This document shows positions 1 through 13,400 of a DNA stretch of 64,000 nucleotides, in pieces. The notes under the pieces are model-generated. The model searched no databases. It saw nothing but the letters and a program-made list of their open reading frames with translations, and was not told the origin of the DNA. The DNA comes from Schmidtea polychroa. Its lineage: Eukaryota. The stretch lies in NCBI GenBank assembly GCA_044892525.1, contig CM097886.1, positions 15,686,001 through 15,750,000 of the forward strand, written 5' to 3'. The position numbers and the translations under genes are program-made. Each line of letters opens with the position of its first letter. Position 1 is the stretch's first letter.

Positions 1-1379
1 CGACTTATGCAATGATTATATCTAAATTGAAGTCTTTTAGAAGTCTCAGGGGATATTCTAATAAGTTTTGTAAGAAAAATAAGAAGACTAATAATGATAT
101 GACAGTTGCATGTTAACTTAAATTTATTCTTTCTTGTTAAGAGTAGGATAAAATTCCGTTGCACTGGTAGCTTTATGGAAAGAGTTTAATTTTATATTTG
201 AAGAACGTTTTCCAATCTTTAAGAAGTTGATAAAGTATTGAGTCAATACTATTGACGCCTTTTTATCAAATACACAATAAATAAACAAGTACCTACGTTG
301 CTAAAAACAACAATCACTTACTAGGCCTTTTCAAGGTACTTTCTAGTTCTTCTTTAATTCTTTAATTTTCTTTTAAGTTCTTCAATTATTCTTTCTCTAC
401 CTGAGGTTGTTTCTTTTTTGTTGATTTATCAAGATTATATATTAATAAATTAATGATATTATGTTTTTGTCCTCTTTTACATTGATATTTTTACTATTCC
501 TATTATTATTCTATTGAAAAGGATTATCTTATAATGGAAAAGTTTGTCTCACTTAATACATGCTTTCAGCGGGGGCCTATCTTGCCATTTACTTGTTTAA
601 CATTTAATTTATGCTGCTAACGAGAAACAAACAGTTTATATTATTGCTGGACTTGAACCCATGCAAGTTCCAGGGTACACACATATGTACCGCAAAAACA
701 ATACTAAAAATACGATCAAACAACAATAATAACAAGTAATAATTAAAAGAATTAAATAAAACAAATATAATAAAATTGCAATTCACGAAGTCGCAAATAA
801 TAACATATTTAGAATAATTAAAAAAGAGCATAAAAAGAACTGCCTTTACACGGAATTCTTGCATTCTGTGGGTCGCTGGTGATGTAGCCAACTAGGAAAT
901 CAAATTTATGCGACATCGGTAACCGGAATTTAAGCAATAAAACAAATATATCACACTTGTCGTTAACTCCAGGTAGAAATGGAGCATAAAAAATGTTAAA
1001 ATTAATATTAATAATTCAACATATTTTCCACTTAAATCGGTATTATATTCTGTCTAGAATTATATTTCTCAATTTATATCCATATTTTGTTTTAATTATT
1101 AACAGATTTTAGCACACTAATAAATAGCTCTTCAAACCTTTTAATTAAAAAATTTTGTCGCCATTTATAAAAAAAACACTTATTTTGCAATCTTNNNNNN
1201 NNNNNNNNNNNNNNNNNNNNNNNNNNNNNNNNNNNNNNNNNNNNNNNNNNNNNNNNNNNNNNNNNNNNNNNNNNNNNNNNNNNNNNNNNNNNNNNNNNNN
1301 NNNNNNNNNNNNNNNNNNNNNNNNNNNNNNNNNNNNNNNNNNNNNNNNNNNNNNAAAAGATTTACCATAATTGTCAGAT

Positions 1380-2489
1380 TCCAAATTCGACTTTCAAATA
1401 AATCTCCATTAATCCACCAAAGAATATTTGATGAGTCGATCTGGAAGTTTGGAGGGTCGTAGATATTTTCTGGTTGTCCTGGTGCTACACTAATAAGGTA
1501 ATATGAATTTCGAAATGAATTTTTGTCCAACTGCAACAGATTAGAAATGATGGCTGGCTTTTTAATCATTTCCGGAATCTAAAATTATTAATTATCCCAA
1601 CTACATATCAGTTCAGCAATTCAAAGGGGAATTAATGGGATAAAATGATATTAGTATGCAAATACATGGTAGCCGATAATTACATGATAATTTACATATT
1701 TATTCACACCATTCACATTGATAGATTACAGAACCGCTATGGCTCCGAAATTAATTAGGATTTTTTTTTCATTTTAGCACTTTTGTCTGGTTTTTTATAA
1801 TAACATAGCCCACATTGTAGCACTCATAGGTGCTTTAAGAAGCTCTTCAAAAATGTTTTTAGAATTTGATGCCTCTTTATTTATTTATATTAAAATGGGG
1901 CAATATATAATTTGAAATGTTATTAAATGCCATTTACATTTGTTTGAAATAATAAATTATAAATTTATAACAATATGGGTCTATGGGATAATATGTTGGA
2001 CCATTGGTTCGTTGTTAAGGATTGGGTTGATACTGAGCGTGTTAGGATAATTACTAAAATCATTTGCCTTAAGGAATGTTCATTTTATGATGAAATTCAG
2101 TCTCACAAATTTGACAATTTTGGGCAATGACATAATGGGGGCGTTTGGGAGAGTTTGGTAGTAGTGGAGGAAAACGAATTAGATGGACTTACATACATTT
2201 TTAGTTTCATTTTTAGTAAATTTATTCAGCCCATTATAATTTATACCATTTAAACTTTAGAGAAGAGAAAAGTTATTAAAGCTCTTTTAATTTGTTTGTG
2301 GATATTTAGAAAACGGTTAAATGAATAAAATTGGTATGATAGCTTAAATCCTTTTCAGTCCAAGATTCCTTTCTTTGGGGGACTAGCAACGTCGCGATAT
2401 TTTTTACAAAATTATAAAAATGAATATATACTCAAATTTATAGTAAACTTTGTATTTGAATTTTCCACACAGTTTTATTTTTTAGAAAT

Positions 2490-2560
<71 letters not shown>

Positions 2561-3576
2561 GTATAATTTTCTTCGGTTCTTTCTAAAGTAATAAGCTAGG
2601 TACATTCTAGAATTTTCGAGACAGATGTCACAAAAATATTCTATTTCAGGTTTTTTCTTTTTTTTGTTTTGTCGTAGCAGACTTTAAAATCTTTGATATT
2701 GCCTCTGAAACTTATTCTTTAATCGAACACTTGTATCGGTCGTATTGGAAATCGAACCGCATGAAGTTTCATGGGTTTCTCTAAAATCTTTTTTTTAATT
2801 CATTTATCAAAAGCCTCGTGTATTTTCCACTTAAGTTTACGATCATTTATTTGCTTTATCATATTAATTAATAATAAAGAATTCTCAAAATAAAGTTGTT
2901 TGAATATTCTTAGTGTAGTGACTCGGACTTTCAAATTAATAAATATATTAATTTAATAATTAAATTTCAAATACATTATTAAATTAAATAAATTAAAATA
3001 CATTATTTTATATTCTTATATACACACTTTCTTTCAAACATCTACATCTAGTTAATTTACAAAAATGTGCTCAAAACTCTCGAATTAGATCAATTTGTGG
3101 ATCAACGGAATGCTTCACTTATATATCAAATGCACATTGCAAATGAGAAATCTTTTAAAGCTACTGCTGATACTTCTACTCGTCATCAGATCACAGAACA
3201 TACAGTCAATGGATCAAATTCAAATCAAATTCAAATCAACAATTGCGCTCGGATAATGGAAACTGCACCATCATAATTGAATTTCTAAACATCCAAAAAT
3301 CAGGATAGTCATATTCAATGAAATGCAATGCCATTCCTAAATTCGCAAATACAAAGATGTGGAATCAAATAAATATATTTTTCTTATTATAGTTATGTTC
3401 CTACACTTAGATTAGCAGATTTTCAAATTAGAGAAATTGGTTATTACAATAAATATTTGATTAATTTCACTACAAAAATATTAATTAAAAAATTGACGAT
3501 GTTTTTTCTCTATATACAGGAATACCTCGCATAGTACGGTTTGTTAGCCCATAGTTACGCTACTGTTATTATTAAA

Positions 3577-3642
<66 letters not shown>

Positions 3643-5380
3643 GGTTTTGAAATTTTCAAAATATGATTGTTTTTAAAATGATTAAATAAAATTTTAGAAA
3701 TTTAAAAAAGTTTTTTAAATTAATTTTTTAGAATTTATTCGGTATTATAAAATCATACGGCACGTGTTTAATAATTTGTTTTGTTACGTTTAATTTCTGG
3801 TTTGTAGTTTTAATAAAAAATTGAATAAATAAACCGTAAAAAAATTCACTACGGATACATTCACGATCGCGCGATAATAGATCAAAGTTGTTGGTTTTAT
3901 ATTTTTAATCGTAGAGTATGTTGACTTTTATATATTTAGATTTTAATTAAAAAATAAAATGAGTGGCAGAACAAAGTGTAAAAGTGACTCCACAACCAAA
4001 AAACGCAAATGGCTCACTTTAGAACAGAAGCTTAGCGTTATTAAACTTCATGAGGAAAGGGCTTCGTTTGATAAAGTAGGAAAAGAAAGGGGAATGAACG
4101 AGGCGTCAGTTCGGAAAATTGTGAAAAATAAAGATCAATATTATTATTATTAAGTCTTAATATATATAAGTCTTAATAGGGGTACTAAGCCGTAAATTAA
4201 TTAGCGCCAGAATGCCTCGAATAGTCCGGTTTCAAATAGTACGGCTAAATTCCAGAACCGATTAACCGTACTGTTCGAGGTATTCCTGTATTCACTTAAT
4301 TTCGACACAACCTTTTCCAGGTGATTTTGATCATTATCTATAAATTTGAAAAAATAGGGAAAAAATAGGGAAAGAATAAAAAAAATTTTTCCCTATATTT
4401 TTAAAATAAATAGATAATGATCCAAATCACTCGAAAAAGGCTGTGCCGAAAATTAGTGAATATCAAAAATAAACATCGATATCATTACTGATTCAGTCAA
4501 GCTTTTTAATAAATACAATGACAATCGAAAAGATAAATCAGAGNNNNNNNNNNNNNNNNNNNNNNNNNNNNNNNNNNNNNNNNNNNNNNNNNNNNNNNNN
4601 NNNNNNNNNNNNNNNNNNNNNNNNNNNNNNNNNNNNNNNNNNNNNNNNNNNNNNNNNNNNNNNNNNNNNNNNNNNNNNNNNNNNNNNNNNNNNNATTTAC
4701 GTCGATTTCCCAGTTTCTTTCCTTTTTTATGTCCTTTTTTTAATACAAAACGGCTTTATAAATATAACTTATTAATAAAGTTTCATTTTAAAATATTCAC
4801 CTGTAGCGATATAGTCATATGTTTTCTTTCTATCAAGTTTGGCCCATTATTTTCCTTTTCCACTTGTAGTGATAGATTAAACGAAGTAATTTTTTCAGGT
4901 GAACCAACAATCGCACATGTCACGACCAGCAGGAATCTCGGCTGGATACTATAGTTCATTGACTTAGTTAGATACAAATATCCAGACTCGGAATCCAACT
5001 AAAGTGAGCTCAATGTCAATGATGTTCAAAATCAAAACTCGATTTACGTAAAGATTATCTGACATCTGATGCAAATTATCAATTCTATAGAAAATCTCTC
5101 GGTCAGAATCTAGATCCTTGCAGATGAATTTTGTAATTTTCGATCCAGATTTCAAAGAATCTGGAATTGTTATTTCTGTTGAATCATTCCCGGTCAACCG
5201 CGGGAAATGAGATTTAGGATACTTCAAAAGAACTGTTAAGGCGGAAATATACATTAAGCGTTTTCGTGGATCAATTGCATTATCTGTGAGTTGAATTCCT
5301 AGGAAATATGGATGACTTTTCTCTTTGGGCTCATCTATTAGAAAAAGAGCAGCAGCTAAAAATAAATTTTGTTAAATGAA

Positions 5381-5444
<64 letters not shown>

Positions 5445-7386
5445 TTATAGTCATAGAAATTTTATTATTATTTTATTATCATAAATAAATGCTCCAAACC
5501 GTTGCTGAGATACTAAGTTATTTTAGAGGATTCCTCGCAGTGCGGCAGTGCATGGCTTGTCGATAAAGAATGATAAAGATTTCCATAAACAGTGTTCCCA
5601 GTCTATTCAATAAAATCTCAAATGAAATCATCTATGGAACATCTGTAAATTGAATTTCAAATTTTGCCAATATTTCATAGGGAAATTGAAATTAATATGA
5701 TGTTTACCGCATGCAGCTTTGCTTGGCGCAATAAAAAAGCCATATAAATTCAGATTCAATGGAAATTATGGTAATAAATAATTTTGTTTAAATAAATCAA
5801 ACTATTGAAATGCGTTGCATAAAGCANNNNNNNNNNNNNNNNNNNNNNNNNNNNNNNNNNNNNNNNNNNNNNNNNNNNNNNNNNNNNNNNNNNNNNNNNN
5901 NNNNNNNNNNNNNNNNNNNNNNNNNNNNNNNNNNNNNNNNNNNNNNNNNNNNNNNNNNNNNNNNNNNNNNNNNNNNNNNNNNNNNNNNNNNNNNNNNNNN
6001 NNNNNNNNNNNNNNNNNNNNNNNNNNNNNNNNNNNNNNNNNNNNNNNNNNNNNNNNNNNNNNNNNNNNNNNNNNNNNNNNNNNNNNNNNNNNNNNNNNNN
6101 NNNNNNNNNNNNNNNNNNNNNNNNNNNNNNNNNNNNNNNNNNNNNNNNNNNNNNNNNNNNNNNNNNNNNNNNNNNNNNNNNNNNNNNNNNNNNNNNNNNN
6201 NNNNNNNNNNNNNNNNNNNNNNNNNNNNNNNNNNNNNNNNNNNNNNNNNNNNNNTACAGTCGTATAACACAAACATGAAAATAATATACATTTACAATTA
6301 CAGCAAAATTCATTGACATAAAATACGCATGGCCCACTGATTGTCATGGAACAATAACCTTTCCAATTAGTTTTAGAAATAAGCAACGAATCAGTTTTAT
6401 GAAGGATATAGTGGTTGAAAATAAAATTTTCTATAATTGCACTGAGAATATGCAATGTAAAGAAACAAAGAAACATTTTAATTCACATTTCATGTAGTTA
6501 ATTCAAAATTTACAGAATAGGAAATGCAAAATATTTTGACAAAGATTATTATTGTATTGTCGATGGTAATAATGTTAATGATGATGTTGATAATAATAAT
6601 AATATTAATAATAATTATTATTCAGTGGCGTAACTTCAAATTCTGGGTCCCCTGCAAGATTTTCAAAATAGGTTCCCCATACAGCCTATGACAATCTGAT
6701 AGACAATATTTTTTTATTATAAAAAATATTTTATTAATTTATTTAAAGAAACTTATTAAATATATAGCAACAACGACAGCCGACGAAAACTTGTCAATGA
6801 CTAATGACTTCAGGATAGATCAAAAACTGGAAGTGAAACCAAATGAGTGAATTAACTGCAAATTTCAACGTCATCTGGCTATTATAATTTGCCTTCGAGT
6901 CTGAGTCACTGCTCACTAGCGTAGAACAAAGCCTAAAAATATGCACCGACTACGCGTCAATAGTAATATTCTACAGTAGTGGTGGCCAACCCAAATCAAT
7001 CGAAGGGCCAAATTTTCGGGAAAATACTATCACGGGCCACAATAAATTCATTTAAAGAAATATAACTCGTTTTTACGATTCAAGTAAACTTAGAATCAAT
7101 TTTTAAAATTAAAAACATGCTAATTCGAATATGAATACTAAAAAAGACAAATATTGATTTGATGTTAAAAATTATGTCCGGGCCACATCAAAACGCTTCG
7201 CCGCCCACCGGTTGGCCATGGCTGTTCTACAGCATCTGCCCACCTACATGATTTATGGATTTGATAAGAATTATAGGGAGTTTAAAATGAGTTTCGGTTT
7301 CCGGATTTTTGTTGTGGATTTATTAATTAAAATATTTCATTTTTTCAGACTTGTTAGCCCATAGTTACGCTACTGTTATTATTAAA

Positions 7387-7471
<85 letters not shown>

Positions 7472-10400
7472 TAATGAAATTTGAAATCATTTATCAAAAC
7501 AAGAGTAATTAAAACAAAATATTTGAAATGTGAATCAAAATATAAAACTTTGAATACATATCGCTATCACAGCGAAAGCGGCCAACATGATTCCAATAAA
7601 TTTCACAAGACATTATTTACGTTAATTGGATGAGAAAGTTCTAATTCAGTTTAATCACAAGACTTTCCATTGAACTCTGTAACAAAATTCTGCAATTTGA
7701 TATGAAAATGGACATGAAATCTGGAATTCACAGAATGAATTCATGAAGTCCAATTATCAATGAAATAATATCCAAAATATGCAGTGATTATCTTCTGAAG
7801 TGTACTAGGGCGGTAAAAAACGAATTAACTTTTCATCGAATCTTAACGCTTTCCATATTGCCGAGATGTTCGCCTATATTTCCATTTAATACTTATTCAT
7901 CAACAAACACAAGGAAACTCTTGTATACAACATCCTTAATTGTACCAATTCGTTTTGGCACTTAACTTTTGTTTAATATCTACTCAAATGGTGCATATAA
8001 TATCAGATTATCTTCATGGAAGAAGCACAAGTATCTCAAACCTTTATATAAGAGGAAACCCAAAATATCGGTTTTTCCATATTTGTTATCCTGTTGATCT
8101 TTTAAACAACTTCGGGTGTTACTCAATTCTCCCATTATTATTCCTGTAAGTTTCTGCCCTCTTTTTGTCCAGACGAACAATAAGAATATTATTAAATGCA
8201 CTAAAGCTTTCTTCTCTGACTTTTGTAATGTTCCACTAATGCGTTTCAATACTGTGACTATTCGTTTTTATTTTGATATGATTTGAAAGAGGATAGAAAG
8301 ACCCTGGAGGAACATACCTCACAATATAGATATCTCACAATATAGATATATCAAAGCCTTTCTCGTAAGTCAATGCATCAGAAAAATTTAGACCATCATC
8401 ACTAATAGAAGCTGCTAACACATCTTCTAAATTATTTTTTAAACCCGGTTCAAAAGTTAACGTCATAATTCCAAGTATTTATTTAATGAAAATATAATTT
8501 CCAAACAAAGTTTCAGCGTTGAATAAAATATTTCAAAAACCATTTATTAAAATTTCGATATTTAAAATATATTTATTTAAAAATGATTTACTAATAAAAG
8601 CTTGTCTAATTTTTTAATGTAAAAATTTCAATTTAAAAATGTTTTTAAAAGTAATTTTAAATAGTCAATCATTTATCATTTAAAATTATTTTAATAAATC
8701 ATTGAAATATTTAATTCTCAGCTGAAAACACATCACAATCACAGTTCCACAAACACAAAAAATGGCAATAGGTTATATATATATAATCTTTCAATAGTCA
8801 CTGAAACATCGGATAAAATGACAAATAAGGAATTCAATTACACTGAGAAATTCTTTCCCAGTAACCTCTTCGTTAACGCTTACTTCAATGTTTAGGCTAC
8901 CTTTAATGATTTGACTTGAATACTAGTAAAACTAATTTATCTATTTAGTGAATAACTCCCCTTACTCAAAATCGCCTATGAAGCATTTTATAAAATAGAA
9001 AAGATCTATATGTGGATATACTTGGAGGTCTTAATCACACCCACATAAAATGTATAATATAGTATGTCTTTTACTAACTATTGTTATCAAATCCACGCAA
9101 CCCAAACCAAGGAGACGATGAAACCAACTCGAATGTAACTTTCCCATTATCTCCAGAATCCTGGTCAATGGCATGTAAATATAAAATTACAGATCCTCGC
9201 TTCAACGAACTTGAAAGATTAATTATCCGTCCATTTTCCTTCAAAGTTGGCACCTTATAAAAATGAATAATAAACTAATACAAATAAAAGTCTCTTACGT
9301 GATTATTATTATCCTCAACATCAATTTCAATTACAGCTGTCGAAGAGAATCTAGCATCGTCAACTATTATGTCGAACTCGTGTTTCCCAATATCTAAGAT
9401 TGATAACTTTCGAGAGAGAAATATTTCACCCGAATGGTATGCTACATTAAGAAATAAAGTCTGATTTGTCAATTTACGATGCCGGATTCTGTAAGAAATT
9501 CCATCGGGTCCGTCGGAATCTTTAGCTGTGATTTTGGTAATGAATGTTCCAACCGGTATGTTTGTGTTGAGTTTCAGATTTTGATTCGGAATTGAAATCT
9601 TTGGTCTTTGGTCATTGATATTGACAATGTAAATGGTGAGTCTAAATATTTATATCTTTAACATACATTATTAAAGTTTTCATTATTTGCCTGCACTCTG
9701 CAAACACAAATGGAGATGCTTTGGAGCTGGCTTTAATTACGAGATCATATACCGATTTTGTGTGGAAATTCAAAGGAATATTTGTCTTTATGTCACCATT
9801 GGCATCAATAAGAAATTCTTCTTGTGATGAGTAGAACTCAATGAAGTACTCCACCTGACTATTGAAGCCGATGTCTGGATCATAAACTGTCAATCGGATC
9901 ACTGGCGTTTTCGGTGGTTGACCTTCGTTGAGAAAGGCTATGAATTTGTTCTGAGAAAACACTGGTTTATTGTCATCGACATCGTCTACGTAGATAATGA
10001 CCTTGAAATGACAACCATTTATCAACTATTGGATTGACTATCAAACTACTTTCTTGTATCCACGGTTTTCCAAACTACCACAACTGACTTGAGTCCATAA
10101 AAGGATTTTGTCGATCTTCTCTCTGTCAATTCTTGCTGAGGCTGCAACAAATAGCTTTCCAGTAGATTCATGAAGAGATACCAATTCATGATTTACTCCA
10201 TCAATTATAGAGAACTTTGTTGACTCGACTTTGCAATAGCTTACCATCTTTATCTGACCGATGAAAGTTCCATCTACAGAGTTTTCTTTGACTCGGAAAA
10301 TTGCTTTTTCAGGAACAATTTGTACGTATTGGTGGTCTTGATTCAGACTGATGTCGATTAGCACTGAAATACAAGAATAATTCAAAGAAAAAAAATGTTA

Positions 10401-13400
10401 TGAATGATCATTTTAACTCATTATAAAAACAACTTGTTTAAATGCATATAAAACTGCTTTTATTGAAGTTAAAGGATAGTACGTCTCTTTTTTTGTGAAA
10501 GAAATAGATTTCTAATGACAGACTATATTCAAGCTTATTTGGCTTTTATTATTCTTATAGAAAAAAAAATATCAATCCCACGTGGGATTGAACTCAGTGA
10601 TCTTACAATTAGGTCTGACAACCTGATCAGGGATATTTAATATTATGGTTGTCCCACTCTTATCAAATAGATAAATACATTTGACATTTTGCAAATTATG
10701 CATATGGAAAACTCGTTAAGACATGAATTTAATAGAAAATATTTGGAATATCATGAACGACAAGGTTAATGACAATCACAATGTACCAAAAATCATCAAA
10801 GACTAGAAATAATTAAAGAGACTTTAAATTATTGTAAATTTTAAATAGAAGAGGGTGGAACCTGTATTATATCATTCAAAATAGGAAATTTTAACTGAAT
10901 GCTTACCCATTGTATATTTATTAGGAACTCCATTGTCTGACACAATAACCTTTAGAAAATGTCTAGTTTTCACGCTAGAAGGCACAGTAGATTTCAGGTA
11001 CAAATTTCCAGATCTTCCGTCAAGTAAGTACATTGTGTACAAGATTTGAGTTGTCGGATCTTTAAGATCGAATTGATATGTAATATTGGAGGTCTTGTCA
11101 GAATCGGTTGCTGATAATTTTGTCAAAGGCTTTTGTGGTTGATTTGAGTTTGGGATAAATATTTTTACTGGGTTTTCCGATGGAATTGGTTGATTGTCGT
11201 TTATGTCGATGATCCTTACATCAATGATTGCTGACGTCGTCTGGATACTTCTCGTGGAAATTGACTTTGCAAATGCATGAACAGTAAGCTCGATGAATTC
11301 AACAAGTTCCAGATGCAGAGGACTGNNNNNNNNNNNNNNNNNNNNNNNNNNNNNNNNNNNNNNNNNNNNNNNNNNNNNNNNNNNNNNNNNNNNNNNNNNN
11401 NNNNNNNNNNNNNNNNNNNNNNNNNNNNNNNNNNNNNNNNNNNNNNNNNNNNNNNNNNNNNNNNNNNNNNATTGGTTCTTAGTTCTCCTGTAGTTGTATT
11501 AATCATGATATGAGAATGACCAGGATTGAGAACATAAAAGATCTCTGAATTTACTGGTGGTTTTACAATATTAATTCGACCTAAAATCGTCCCCTCAGGA
11601 GAGTTTTCCAATACCTTTAACGAGAAGTGCGTCGCATTGAATGCAAGTGTGTGTTGCTTAGTATTCTGCACAAATAAAATGACTTTTGTAAAATCTTTTC
11701 TTCCAGTGGAGAGACCTAAATATATACACAATTAAATTTTCTAGATCTATTATGAGACCTTCCGAATCAGTTGCTATAATCTTCAGATTATATATATTCT
11801 TCTCCATGAAATTTAAGGGTGAACACGATAATTTACCTGTGATTGGATCTATAAAGATTTTCTTATCGAAAGTATCCCCTATTAAAAGCGGATTAATTAT
11901 TATGAAATTGATAAAAAAAACCTTCAAGAGAATAAATTATTCTTCCGAAAGTCCCGAGATCAGGATCATTGGCAACCACCGTCAGAAAATTGGTAATCGC
12001 TTCATCTTCAGGTAGTTTTACTTTAAAGATTGATCGAGAAAACTTCGGAGAATTTTCATTCCCATAGTCTATGTTAATGGAAATTCTTTGTAGATCATAT
12101 ACTGATGGATCATGAAGACTTTGAATAACAGCGGGTATCTAAAATAATAGTCTATCATTGCAACTCGTTCCACAATGTCAATTAAATATCTTATAAGGAT
12201 AAATGTCATTTAACACATTGGCCATCAATTTGACACGAGGAAAGTCATTGTTACCAAACGTCTATTAGTGACCATATGGTTAAATGAACCCTGTAAAAAA
12301 AGGACAATCCAATATAATTTCAAAGTTCGTTTTATTAACCCTGTGCCTATCCAAGCATGTTTAGTCTATCAACTTTGTGTATCATATATGATACACAGGG
12401 ACAAGAAAATGGCTTATGAAACCACCATAACCACTTTCAATTGTGCTGTCACGTAAATACATAATGAGAGAAAATCTCATTTTCATAACACCATTAAATA
12501 ACTCAAAATGAATATTATTGTAATTGTTAGATTTGTGTTTGGTTCCGGTTGAATGAGTCTGTGATTTTTTAGCAATATTGATTACTATTATAATACTACA
12601 GACTATATCCCGCAGCATTATTCATAGACAACACCAACAACTAAACACCAATTATCAATGATGATAATGTATCATTTCAGAGCATTTTTGTATTGCTTAT
12701 GGAGGGTCAATAGTATTTGAAAAGGTACCGTTTTGATGTCTGTACGCGACGGATTATCAAAACATTCATTTGTGCAATGTCAATGGGAAAATACAAATCG
12801 TTATAGCTTGACATGTTTGTACTGTTAAATTATTCTATCAAATGTCTGGAGCCTATAATTAGCATTATCAAACACATTTCGTCCCACACTTTACCATTTG
12901 CGCTACCGATCATTTCTTTTAGCGAAAAAGATTTAAATGCTGATTCTTTCTCTTCATTTTCAATCGACATGAGATAACATAAGGAATTTTTTTATTTTAA
13001 ATTCTTTAACACGTTAAAGACTGCATGTCCACCGATGGGTCACTCCGCAACAATATTACCGACATGTTTTACTTGGGGGCCGCTTGTACACCGGTGGGCA
13101 TGATTTAAATACAATTTATGTACAGTAGTCGATTCACCGGTCCCTAAATCTAGGGGTTAAATAATGTCTACTTCAAATTATTGTACACTAAAAAAATATT
13201 CAAAAAATAATATACGTAAAAAAAATGTCGGTCCATATGTGAGAAATACGATTTTGCAATGCGGTGTTCAACGTGTTAATCATCTAACTATCTTTTAGCA
13301 ATCCTCTAGCTCCTAACATTTTCGGTAGAGACATTTACACTAAAATGTACATATATATATATTGTTTTGTAGAACGTATGATATAGTAGNNNNNNNNNNN

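Larger units (their letters stand above)
3517..4288 (+). mobile_element. Tigger/pogo-type non-autonomous DNA transposon (internal deletion)
   Basis: 25-bp TIR CAGGAATACCTCG..AGTACGGTT (23/25 match), TA on both flanks, internal CENP-B-type HTH fragment. Confidence 0.9.

Noticed and set aside
1-1020. Transmembrane and cytoplasmic exons of the cadherin
   Set aside because: Hydrophobic and tail-like minus-strand translations exist, but no consistent splice model could be built; AT-rich sequence yields hydrophobic ORFs by chance.
13006-13100. TTAA-flanked GC-richer island with an internal inverted repeat (CATGTCCACCG..CGGTGGGCATG)
   Set aside because: Possibly a MITE, but terminal repeats and TSD could not be fixed.
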